Shown: positions 1 through 10,685, counted from the first letter of the stretch. The stretch: 64,000 bases of DNA from Octopus vulgaris (GCA_951406725.2 OX597827.1:26722001-26786000); one strand, 5' to 3'. The notes: generated from the sequence alone by a model not told the origin. A program made the numbers and translations.

Positions 1-320
1 TGTGTGTCAGAAAGATATGAAGAAAGAGCAGAGTATTAGAAGAGAACATCGTCCTGACGAAGATCACAAGACCTTATTTCTTCGGTGGACATTTTCACTC
101 GGTTGTCAGCATAATTACACCCACTTGTGATTACATGTGTGTGTGTGCACGAGCGTATACATTCTGTGCGCTTTTTTTGTCTTCATCTTTCTTCAATAAC
201 ACTATCTTAATCTATTTTTCTGTCTCAGCCTATGTTCTATCTTCTCAATGTACACACACACATACACACAGACATAACACATATATATAATATATATCAT
301 ACGCACACACACACATACTT

Positions 321-377
<57 letters not shown>

Positions 378-533
378 TATACACACACACATATATATAT
401 ATATATTTATTGTATGTGTATCTCTCGCTTCATATATTGGTTTTCTATTAACCGATACTGCTACCATGGCCTCTAACTAAGCAAAGCTTGGTTATGTTCA
501 TTCACTTACAACTTTATTCTTTCTACATATATT

Positions 534-584
<51 letters not shown>

Positions 585-1364
585 ATATATATATATGTAT
601 ATATATATAGACACATACATACTTATATAACCCTATTTGATCCGAGGTTAATACTTTTATACACATGATTATCTTGAGTCATTAACCAACGTCAGCTCAT
701 TTATTTAATCCAATATTATCTTTTCCACTATAGCCTCCCATAATTTTCCAAACGCATCTATTACTATTATTATTGTTGTTATTACTCCTGAAGTTATTAT
801 TATTGCCATATATATATATATATTAGCTCTGTAGCTGTGTTGGTGTCTTAGTTAGCTTTTCGTCTTCGTTTTCCGTTTTCCGTATTTCGGTTTTTCCTTT
901 GCTTTGTTTCGCTTTGTTTCATTATGGACTTAACCAATCGCATTTCGTCTGTTACGTCTGTCTGTCTAGTATGCGTTGATTGTTCACATACAATCCAGCT
1001 TTTTCATTTCAGCCAGAGAATTGATTGATCTTCTTATGTCTTTGGAGTGCCAGACAATGTCTTAGCTATTTGCCATTACTTAGACTCGCCTCTCTCTGTT
1101 CATAACATCGCCATAGCACACATAACAGAACACACAACATTACGACAGAGCATTAAACATAGGCTTCCAGACTGACGCTTTTTATACGAAGCAAACTTAT
1201 TCCAGCCGACATATTTCTAAACGTTTAAAGTAGTCAAACACTTCCTTCGTCTCCTTCTTCCTTCCTTTCTTTCTATTTAGTCTACACAACCGCGCACCCG
1301 CGAATCTATGCGTGTGTGCTTGCGCGTATGTAGGAAAGCGTGTGTATATATTAATCACGTTGAA

Positions 1365-1497
1365 ATTTCCGCCGAGATCAACTTTGCCTTTCATCTTTTC
1401 GGGGTCGATAAATTAAGCACCAGTTGCGTACAGGGGTCGATCTAATCGACTGGCCCCTCTCACAAAATTTCGCGTCTAGTGCCTATAGTAGAAAGGA
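1365..1497 (+). mobile_element. Nin-domain-like SINE, 3' half
   Basis: gcctttcatcttttcggggtcgataaattaagcaccag core matches the fuller copies at 11103 and 21851; ends in (TTA)n. Confidence 0.75.
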
Positions 1498-1515
1498 TTA
1501 TTATTATTGTTATTA

Positions 1516-1575
<60 letters not shown>

Positions 1576-1576
<1 letters not shown>

Positions 1577-2329
1577 TTTTTTTCTTCTTTCAAATTTGCT
1601 TCCATTTCTTGCCAAGTGTCTTCCCGACTCCTAGGGCAAAGAAACTCATAGTATACATTGGTAGGCCATTAAACCAAACTCAATACTTCGTTCATTTTTT
1701 TTATTTTTTATTTTTTTTAAAGTTAAATTAAAATACATGGGTAGTAATAATTCTCACATCGACAATGCTCTCAATACGTGTGATGTACCAGTTAAGACAA
1801 TCTTTTGTACTTCTTGCAGGGATGGTAAGCCAGGGATCATTCTCATATAATTTTCGGTTCCCTTCTTGATCATTCCTAGTGCTCCTACGATCACTGGTAT
1901 TGTAACCGCCTTGAGATGCCACATTTTCTCAATTTCAATGAGTAGGTCTTTATATTTTCTGAGCTTGTCAAACACTTTCGCTGAGATATTATGAACTACC
2001 AGGCCAATGTGATGAAAAATGGAGCAGACCCAAAATGCCGATTCTGCAACGACATGATTGAAACAGTGGACCACCTAATCTCTGGATGTAAAGTCTTAGC
2101 ACCAGTGGAGTATAAATTAAGACATGACAGAGTTGGCCAATATCTACACTGGCTAATAAGTCGGCATTACAATATCAAAACTGCCGACAAGTGGTATAAT
2201 CACCACCCTGAGGCTGTAACTGAAGGAGAAAATGTAACCATTCTGTGGGACTTTCCAGTATATACAGACCGAACCATCAAGGCCAATAAACCAGATATTG
2301 TTGTGAAAGACCAAAACAATAAAGTTTGC

Positions 2330-2330
<1 letters not shown>
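1576..2330 (-). mobile_element. R4/Dong-like RLE non-LTR retrotransposon, 5'-truncated, with inverted 5' segment
   Basis: + strand 1991-2330 encodes CRFC..ETVDHLISGC (CCHC), RHD and KPDIVV. - strand ~1993-1754 encodes the continuation KLRKYKDL..IPVIVGALG..QKIVLTGT to a stop. Flanked by (TTA)n on both sides. Confidence 0.85.
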
Positions 2331-2379
<49 letters not shown>

Positions 2380-2650
2380 GAGTGAGAGGGTAGTGCATGC
2401 CATCAAATTGACGCTGGGGTAAAATATACGAAGCCCAGTATACCCATCATGACTACCCGTCTTATAAAGGAACACCAAGCATATGCATCACAACCATATG
2501 TGTACGAAAAACTGAACTCATATCAAAATAAACAGCGCATGAACTTGCAGATAGGTCCGAGCGAGAATTTTCTTCAGTTCGTGTCGCCCATCCCGCTCAA
2601 AAGGTCCCTGAATATGGTTTGTTTCAGGATGATGAGCAAAACACCCATGT
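2380..2650 (-). mobile_element. Probable 3' end of a non-LTR element with (TAA)n tail
   Basis: Complex sequence abutting (TTA)n at 2329-2379; family not identified. Confidence 0.35.
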
Positions 2651-2720
2651 GACCGCGTGTGTGTACCGTTGGCGATTTTTTTCCTCCGTCTTCCCTTCTT
2701 TGGATTTTTCCTTTTCCTAT

Positions 2721-2754
2721 GTTCTGACGAAGAGCTCCGCTCGAAACGTTAAAC
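2721..2754 (+). ncRNA. Minimal type I hammerhead ribozyme (family A, Penelope pLTR-like repeat ~2680-2860)
   Basis: gtt-CTGACGA-a-gagc(tcc)gctc-GAAA-cg-TTA-aac; palindromic AACGTT stem III; stem I only 3 bp. Confidence 0.7.
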
Positions 2755-2857
2755 CCTCCTTCTTTCCTTCTTTCCTGAGCGTCCAATAATACTATACTTG
2801 TTCCACGTCCTCGCGTTGTTGAGTTTTCTCTTTGTGTTTTCCTGTTTGGATTAACTG

Positions 2858-2906
<49 letters not shown>

Positions 2907-3058
2907 ATAGTTATCGCCATACTAATATGGCATTCTTATAAAAATAAGAAAAAAGCTGTCCGCTTATTAGCTCCATGAGGCCATCGCCTTAAGTTAGCTA
3001 TTTGATACACAAACTGTATCCATATAACCTTCGAACAAGGGAGGTCAGTCGCTCCACA

Positions 3059-3129
3059 CTACTTGACCGGCAGCTACAGACGCGTTTCGGGGTATTGCCC
3101 CTTTTCAATGCAGCGTAGCCAGCCAGTAG
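3059..3129 (-). ncRNA. Type I hammerhead ribozyme, U3-A8 variant (copy 1)
   Basis: - strand ctgca-TTGAAAA-gggg(caata)cccc-GAAA-cgcg-TC|tgtag; stem I extends via ctactggctggc/gccggtcaagtag. Confidence 0.8.
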
Positions 3130-3420
3130 GTGTCGCTTCCGACAATCTCTGTTCGATGGTTTTATTTACCTAGTTTCGGTGGAATACATCCACTTGTTTT
3201 CAATAATAGAAATATTAAAATAACTAAGTCTCTTTAAAAGAGAACAGCGGCAGCGTTCCCGGAAAATAATAGTTATCGCCATACTAATATGGCATTCTTA
3301 TAAAAATAAGAAAAAAGCTGTCCGCTTATTAGCTCCATGAGGCCATCGCCTTAAGTTAGCTATTTGATACACAAACTGTATCCATATAACCTTCGAACAA
3401 GGGAGGTCAGTCGCTCCACA

Positions 3421-3491
3421 CTACTTGACCGGCAGCTACAGACGCGTTTCGGGGTATTGCCCCTTTTCAATGCAGCGTAGCCAGCCAGTAG
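3421..3491 (-). ncRNA. Type I hammerhead ribozyme, U3-A8 variant (copy 2)
   Basis: Identical to copy 1, 362 bp away. Confidence 0.8.
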
Positions 3492-3818
3492 GTGTCGCTT
3501 CCGACAATCTCTGTTCGATGGTTTTATTTACCTAGTTTCGGTGGAATACATCCTCTTGTTTTCAATAATAGAAATATTAAAATAATATTAAAATAGTTTG
3601 TAGCTGCCGGTCAAGTAGTGTGGAGCGACTGACCTCCCTTGTTCGAAGGTTATATGGATACAGTTTGTGTATCAAATAGCTAACTTAAGGCGATGGCCTC
3701 ATGGAGCTAATAAGCGGACAGCTTTTTTCTTATTTTTATAAGAATGCCATATTAGTATGGCGATAACTATTATTTTCCGGGAACGCTGCCGCTGTTCTCT
3801 TTTAGAGAGACTTAGTTA

Positions 3819-3870
<52 letters not shown>

Positions 3871-3871
<1 letters not shown>

Positions 3872-4198
3872 GAGGAGTACCGAAAAGTAACCGGAACCTA
3901 CTCTGTGGGACAAATCCATTGTAGTTCAGGCTTCCGCCGCTAGAAGCCACTTGATACATTCCTCAGGCATCAGTTTGCCGAACGGCGTCGTTGAGTGATA
4001 TCCTGCTGCCACCTGGTGCGTCTTTGTTTTGCAGTGCTTCTCCCCTGTTCGTCGATTTTTGCGATGGCTGAAACGAAAGAACCACGTGTTTCCATGAAAT
4101 TCTGTTTTCTGATGGGGGAAACGGCGGCCGAAACATTTGTCATGCTTCAAACAGCTTATAAGGACGCTGTCAGGAGCAAAATGGTTTTCGCGCTTTAG
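3871..4198 (+). mobile_element. Mariner 5' end fragment
   Basis: TA-cgagg TIR start; ATG at 4064 gives MAETKEPRVSMKFCFLMGETAAETFVMLQTAYKD, a mariner N-terminal HTH. Confidence 0.8.
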
Positions 4199-4499
4199 GT
4201 CAACCTCGTTCAGGGTGGCCTTCGACCTTCCGAACGAATAGCACACATTGGATAATAGTATTCTGGGTACCCTGCATATTGGAAGAAACTGAATGGCCAT
4301 GCGTGCAATGCCTTTCTTCGTTGGCCAGCTTCATCAGGATTGACCTGGGGTTAAGCATCAACAAATTACCGTTGTTATCATTGTTGTTGTTGCTCTTGTT
4401 ACTGTTGAAGCTCTTGTTTTTGTTGCTATTGTTGTTGTTGTGTTACCCGAAGTCTTCCCGCACTGAGCAGACGGGTGCCAATTGAGTGACACTGGTATC

Positions 4500-4820
4500 T
4501 GCTACGACAGCGATTTTGCTCGTCTTGATGGGTCTTACTCTCAAGCATGACATAACGCCAAAGGTTTCGGTCATTACCTTCCTAAGGCCCAACGCTAGAA
4601 AGGAACTCAACCACCAGCACGGGTGAACGTGACTTGACGGGTCCTCTCAAGCACAGCACAACACCAAAGGTCTCGGTCACCAGTCATTGCCTCTGTGAGG
4701 CTCAACGTTCGAAGATCATACTTCACCACCTCGTCCCATGACTACCTGCGTCTACCTTTACCACAGGTTCCCTCCACAGTTAGAGATCGACACTTCTTTA
4801 CACAAGTGCCCTCGTCCATA
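4500..4820 (-). mobile_element. RTE-clade LINE 3' end
   Basis: - strand CVKKCRSLTVEGTCGKGRRR*SWDEVVKYDLRTLSLTEAMTGDRDLW; duplicated 3' block at ~4530 and ~4640. Confidence 0.7.
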
Positions 4821-4872
4821 CGCATATATACATACATACATACATGCATGCATACATACATACATACATACA

Positions 4873-4905
<33 letters not shown>

Positions 4906-4911
4906 GAGACC

Positions 4912-5138
4912 TTTTAAAGCCTCATGGCCCCGGATTCCCGGTTTCATTGGCGTATGTGTTCCCCAGCTGGATGGGACGCCAGTCCATCGCAACGTTACTC
5001 ATTTTGCCAGCTGAGTGGACTGGAGCAACGTCAAATGAAGTGTTTTGCTCAATAACACAACGCGTCGCCCGGTACAGGAATTGAAACCACAATCTTACGA
5101 TCATGATGCTGACACCCTAACCATTAAGCCATGCGCCT

Positions 5139-5140
<2 letters not shown>
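4912..5140 (-). mobile_element. tRNA-derived SINE, Meta/MESC-like core
   Basis: Head ggaggcgcatggcttaatggttag (A box) and ggtttcaattcc (B box); core ctccagtccactcagctggcaaaatgagta..gcgatggactggcgtcccatccag. Confidence 0.75.
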
Positions 5141-5214
<74 letters not shown>

Positions 5215-5216
<2 letters not shown>

Positions 5217-5663
5217 TCAAGGAATACCAAATAAGCCACCCATACCTGGATACAACTCACTCGACAAGAACTCCCTACTTCAATAGACCATGATACCACA
5301 AAAAGGATTTAGATAATCTTATCAGGTGGGCTTTTAAGTTAGACATGGCCTGGACCAATCTACAATTATTTATGATTGTGGAATCCTACGCTGAAGAGAT
5401 GAAAATAGTCGGGTAAGGTATGATTATTTACTATTTATGCTTTATACTGGCTTAATTCCGAAACGCGCGTCCGTAGGTAACCTATTATAGAATGACTTTC
5501 GTCATTTTTTCCCCTTTTGCCAACGTGGTTTGTTTTCAAGTGCTTTGGTTTTTCTGGGAACTCCCTTTAAAGTAGAAGGAATAGCTAAGATTTTGACTGA
5601 TATTTCTAAATTTCGGTGTGTGGTGAGGCTAATCGTTGCTGAACCTTAATTATATAGTAAGTT

Positions 5664-5666
<3 letters not shown>
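5215..5666 (+). mobile_element. ~450-bp non-coding HHR-containing insertion in (TA)n
   Basis: Complex sequence bounded by (TA)n at 5184-5214 and 5667-5705; contains the HHR at 5385-5477. Confidence 0.6.
5385..5477 (+). ncRNA. Type I hammerhead ribozyme with long stem II
   Basis: cctacg-CTGAAGA-[62-nt hairpin]-GAAA-cgcgcg-TC|cgtagg; perfect 6-bp stem I; palindromic ACGCGCGT stem III. Confidence 0.85.
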
Positions 5667-5708
<42 letters not shown>

Positions 5709-5744
5709 TTCAACACCAGGGCCAGGATGTGATTAGGAATAGAC

Positions 5745-6008
5745 GAACTTTGGCTTAGCTAAAATATGTTTGTGACACATCTTAAATTCTAAAAGCAATT
5801 TCACTGCTGTCACTGTGGAGAAAAAAAAAATTCTCTCTTACAGTCATGTGCGGAATGCCTTTGATCATTGGTCAACTCGATCAGGATTGACCTGGGGTTA
5901 AACATCTTTTGCCATAAGAGAGAGTCTTTTCTCCACGTTAACACTGCTGTGAATTTGCTTTTAGAAGTTGATATGTGTCACAAACATATTTTAACTAACC
6001 CAAAGTTC
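5745..6008. mobile_element. MITE / foldback element
   Basis: ~95-bp imperfect inverted arms (gaactttggcttagctaaaatatgtttgtgacaca.. / ..tgtgtcacaaacatattttaactaacccaaagttc). Confidence 0.75.
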
Positions 6009-6047
6009 ATATCTCTATATATACATACATACTTGTGTATATAAATA

Positions 6048-6075
<28 letters not shown>

Positions 6076-6079
<4 letters not shown>

Positions 6080-6164
6080 GCAACAAATACACAAACATAC
6101 ATACATACACACACATACACACATATATGTATATATATAGATATATAGATATATGTGTATATAT

Positions 6165-6254
<90 letters not shown>

Positions 6255-6337
6255 ATATATACACATATATCTATATATCTATATATATATATATGTGTGT
6301 GTGTGTATGTATGTATGTTTGTGTATTTGTTGCTATA
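6076..6337. repeat. Near-perfect palindrome centred on (TA)n
   Basis: tatagcaacaaatacacaaacatacatac.. mirrored by ..gtatgtatgtttgtgtatttgttgctata; internal interruptions are mirrored too. Confidence 0.75.
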
Positions 6338-6703
6338 GTGTAAACAGTAAGATAGACGTAGACAGAGGGTGGGAGGGGAATATGTGGGTGTTTGGGGTGT
6401 GTATGTGTCTCAGTGTGTGAGACTGAGTGTGTGTGTGTGCGTGTGTGTGTGTGTTTGTGTGTGAGTGATTAGTAGATATATTGATATCAAGTTAGAGTGT
6501 GACAAGATGAATATTTATATAAAAGGGAGAGACAGAGAGAGAGACAGAGAGAGAGAGACTTCAACTTACAGTTACACATTGACAATATATATCGTTCTCT
6601 TTCTCCTTTTCCTATCTTCACCTACTTTTACCAGCATCCCTCCACATAAATTAATGCGGGGGTATTCATCTTACTCATTCACACATACCGTATACCTGCA
6701 TAA

Positions 6704-6970
6704 TTTATTCTAAGCTGAAATAAACCCCGTCAGTTTTGACAGGTACTACTCTTGCTTATAAATAAATAATACAGGTGACAGATATAATAGAGTCCTGTCA
6801 GACTACGTAAATGTTTAGTTTTCTGTCTGTATAGTACGAAATTTTGATCCAACTGAAGTCGATTCCGGTTCCTTTGCATCTGTCCTTCCTGTTTTCCTTT
6901 CTTCCACAATCGATAAAATTGAACGGAGTCGAGATTATAGTCTGCGCTTCTTTCTTGGAAGAGTGTAACC
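6704..6970 (-). other. Candidate terminal exon of an unknown host gene
   Basis: Acceptor tttttgttcttcatag| at 6971; phase 0 gives GYTLPRKKRRL* (6970-6935); AATAAA at 6709-6704. Confidence 0.3.
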
Positions 6971-7074
6971 CTATGAAGAACAAAAAAGTAAAAATGATAA
7001 TAATAAATAAATAAATACATAAATAAATACATAAATAAATTATCTTTATAAATAATGGAATAAGGAATTCTAAA

Positions 7075-7230
7075 ACCTGGCTGGATGGATTCTGATAATA
7101 CAGGAGACAAGAGGTCATGCTTGTTTTGAGGAATGTAATTATGATCAGTCGCCTGGATTATTGTCTCCAGCTATGATCCACCCGTAGTACTAAGCTCCTA
7201 ACTAAATTGGAATAAATCCAAAAGGCTTCC
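7075..7230 (+). mobile_element. CR1-like LINE RT C-terminal relic
   Basis: Translates as QEVMLVLRNVIMISRLDYCLQL*STRSTKLLTKLE*IQK (LDYC..W.P-type motif). Confidence 0.5.
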
Positions 7231-7879
7231 ATAAATAAATAAATAAATAAGGGAGTGTTTCCATGCACCTGCTGAACTTAGACAACAAACAGAACAATAA
7301 GCTAATCACCGCCAGAAAGCATTTAATCCAATCCTTTACCGATTCCGTCACTCCATTCGCCTTAATAAGTCATGGAATATTTAGCGAGTGAGTGACGCGA
7401 GACTCATAAAAGACAGATCTAAGAGAATCTCGAGTTACTTTCAATAAATATTTTGTATAAAATGAATATAAAAGGGGTAATAATATTTTTATTACTCTTT
7501 GTTTATTAACCATGGTTGAAAGTGGTCAAGTTGACCCTTGGGTAATGTATCCAAAGCCTATCTGGTCAAGGGAACCATTACAGTTTGTAATATATTGGAT
7601 TTTCTGTTCAACTGGTGACGAAAATTCTTCAATTTTAGGAGGAAGGGGAATTGAGGTTTTGCATAAATAACAGGATTTGAGCTGCTTTCACACCAGACAG
7701 GCGTAAGTTTTGTGGGGGTTAAGATTTAGGTTTTACAAATATGCGGCTTTAGGTTCAATCCCATTGTGGGTATCCTTGGAATATTTTGCAGCTAGATTTC
7801 TTGAACACAGTCTTGTGTGCATGTATGAATACATGGATGTAGAAAACAACTAATCTGGACTCATAGGACACATGAAAGT

Positions 7880-8166
7880 TCACAATTCAGAAAGTACACA
7901 ATTCAGAAAATACAGATTCCAGAAAGTACACACTCTAGAAAGTATAGATTCCAAAAAGTACATAATCTAGAAAGTACAGATTCCAGAAAGTACACACTCT
8001 AGAAAGTATAGATTCCAAAAAGTACATAATCTAGAAAGTACAGATTCCAGAAAGTACACAATCTAGAAAGTACAGATTCCAGAAAGTACACAATCTAAAG
8101 AGTACAGATTCCAGAAAGTACATAATCTACAAAGTACACAATTTCAAAAGTACACAATCCAGAAAG
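7880..8166 (+). repeat. 16-bp minisatellite with alternating variants
   Basis: agaaagtacagattcc alternating with agaaagtacacaatct/cactct/cataatct. Confidence 0.9.
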
Positions 8167-8270
8167 AGGATCTTCTTCCCTTTCCAAAATATGGAAAGGA
8201 ATGCTGCATGGGCGACATTAAATGCAAGACGCTTGCGTTTTTGAAAGCCATTGTACTTTTTATCATATAT

Positions 8271-8610
8271 TTTTCTTATTTCAGTCATTAGACTGAGGCC
8301 ATGCTGGGGCACCATCTTGAGTAATCTTAGTCGAATGAATTAACTCGTCTTTTTTAGGCCTATCGTCTCTTTTGCTGAACCGTTAAGTTACAGGGACATA
8401 AGCAGTGTCAAGCGGAGGTAGGAGATACACATACACACACTCATGCATACATCCGACAGGCTTTTTTCAGTTTACGCCTCCAAATCCACTCACAAGGCTT
8501 GGTCGGCATGGGGCTATAGTGGAAGTCACTTGCTCAAGTTGCCACGAACTAGGATTGAACCCGGTACCATGCAGTTAGGTAGCAAGATCTTTACCACCCA
8601 GCCACGCCTA
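8271..8610 (-). mobile_element. Abundant tRNA-derived SINE (family 1), diverged
   Basis: Homologous to 42297-42713. Confidence 0.8.
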
Positions 8611-8778
8611 CACTTGTGATTACTTTAAAAAATAAAAATGTAGAGAATTTGTTAGAGAGGGTCATAATTCTTCAACGTGTATCATGTAGAAAACAAAGCA
8701 TGAAAGATTCTTTATAAGATATTCCGTTAATTCTACTTACGTACATTTCATTAACATAAGATGTGTATTAATTATGTA

Positions 8779-8814
<36 letters not shown>

Positions 8815-9440
8815 TGTATGTATGTATGTATGTATGTATGTATGTATGTGTTATATAAACCATAACCTCTCAATAAAAAGGAGTTAGTTTTCCGAATCCG
8901 GTAACATCCGATTCAATCAGGGCAGAGTTCTACGTCTCTCAAGATTACAGTATTTTTGAAAATGAGGAAATTATGAAACCGGTTAAGTTAATGCAAATAA
9001 AGCTACGATTTCGAGTTAAGGACTTTTGTTGTAAGTATACTCTCTAAAGCTACGATTAATCATTTAGATCCTTGTAAGATAAGATACAAGTTTATTAGCA
9101 GCAAGTCATCTCGGAGATTTATGCAATATCCCCGTGCCATTAGTAAATTCAATAAGAGCAAGCTATACAAACAGGAATAATATTTTATAGACGTTGTGGT
9201 TAAAAGGTTTGCTTCACAAACATGTGGTTTTGGGTTCAGTCCTATACTGAAGAACGATAGGCAAGTGTCATCTACCATAACCCCGAGCAGATTAATGTCT
9301 TATGAACGAATTTGGTAGACGTGAACTGTGTGAAAGCTCATTGTATACACACACACACACATACACACACACGCACACACACACACACACACACATACAC
9401 ACACACACACATGCGCACACCCACACACACATGTATGTAT

Positions 9441-10685
9441 GTCATTATTCAGTTTATTTCAAGATTTCTTGCCAATAGAGAAAGAACCCTTTTCTAGCCT
9501 AGATCCAAGACTCCTTCATTGGGATTTCAACATCATTAACAGGGCATTTTTGTTTGTATGTATGTATGTATGTATGTATGTATGTATGTATGTATGTATG
9601 TATGTATGTATGTATGTATGTGCAGATTTGTATGTTGTTTTATGTATGTCTTCTCATGCATATAGTTCCATATCCAGAAATGTTCATATATATTTAAATG
9701 ACAAACTTCTGGAATGCTTTACAGGTTTTTACAGTTCCAGTGTTGGATTGGATCTGTAGTCTTCAAATTAACTTTCTCCTTTCTGGCTTTGTAAAGCCTA
9801 ATTTCTCAGGATTGGTATTTAGGCTGTGTGTTACATATCCCAGGGTCCCAATAATTACAGGTATAAACCTGAACTTGTAATCTGGATAGAGTAACTGCAG
9901 ATTTCTCAATAGTTCAGCATAGGTATTCTCTTTCTCTGATCTTCAGCTTTATGTTAACATCCGCTGGGCAGCTAATTTCCACAACTGTTCCCAGTTTCTC
10001 TTCTCTTTGCCAAACCATTATATCAGGTCTGTTGTGCTTACATTTTATTGAGGTCTTCACTGGTGCATTACATCAGTATTCCTTTTTATTACAAGTGGCT
10101 ATGGCTTCTACCATATTGTGGGTTCTTATTTCTTTGTCTTCGGGATTATCCTTCCGACGGATTTCATCATAGAGTGTCCTAACTACAATATCATGTCTCA
10201 TCGGTGGATAATGCCGTGATTACATTTTTGGACAACTGCTTATGATGTGGGTGATATCTTCAGCGTGAAGTCCACAAAGTCTGCATGGAGTGTCACACTT
10301 TACGGCTTTATCTAGATCTCTATCCCTTTTGTGCATCAGGTACTTTGGTCGATATTTCCTGTTCCTCGATTGCAAAATAGGAGTTAGTAATCAAAATAGG
10401 AGTTAGTAATCTGGCTATTGGTCCATGATAAACTGCTTTGATGATCGATGTTACTATCGTCACGGACTTTTCTACTAACATATCCATGCATAGTCTTCTG
10501 CTCATAATAGGTTCGTCCTATCATCTGATGATATGTTGCGGTAGAGTTGTGCGACTTCTTTGGGCATGTATTTTAGGTCATCAGACAAAGAATGTTGCTA
10601 AAGGAGCTACCTTCCAAGTCTTATCACGTTTTCAGCCTCGTGTATGCAAACTTGCTCAAGGGATGCACTTCGATACTTGCTGGTT
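9441..10685 (-). mobile_element. Second R4/Dong-like RLE retrotransposon family, decayed, in (TACA)n
   Basis: - strand KTMHGY, AIEEQEI, CRLCGLHAEDITHIISSC, RHDIV, PDIMVW..VEISCP, IPVIIGTLG; stop ~9694; 3' UTR 9441-9693 with internal (TACA)n. Confidence 0.85.

Larger units (their letters stand above)
2901..3827 (-). mobile_element. Retrozyme-like HHR element: ~1.9 tandem 362-bp units plus inverted 229-bp segment, inside (TA)n
   Basis: Unit starts aaaataatagttatcgcc at 2901 and 3263; inverted copy 3599-3827; copies differ at about 1 nt each; no convincing ORF. Confidence 0.85.

Noticed and set aside
4305-4342. - strand CTGATGA...GAAA
   Set aside because: Stems I, II and III cannot be formed.
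7880-8166. CRISPR-like regular array
   Set aside because: No unique spacers and no cas genes; it is a plain minisatellite in eukaryotic DNA.
10520-10590. CTGATGA motifs on both strands
   Set aside because: They lie in decayed RLE coding sequence (SDD codons), with no GAAA or stems.
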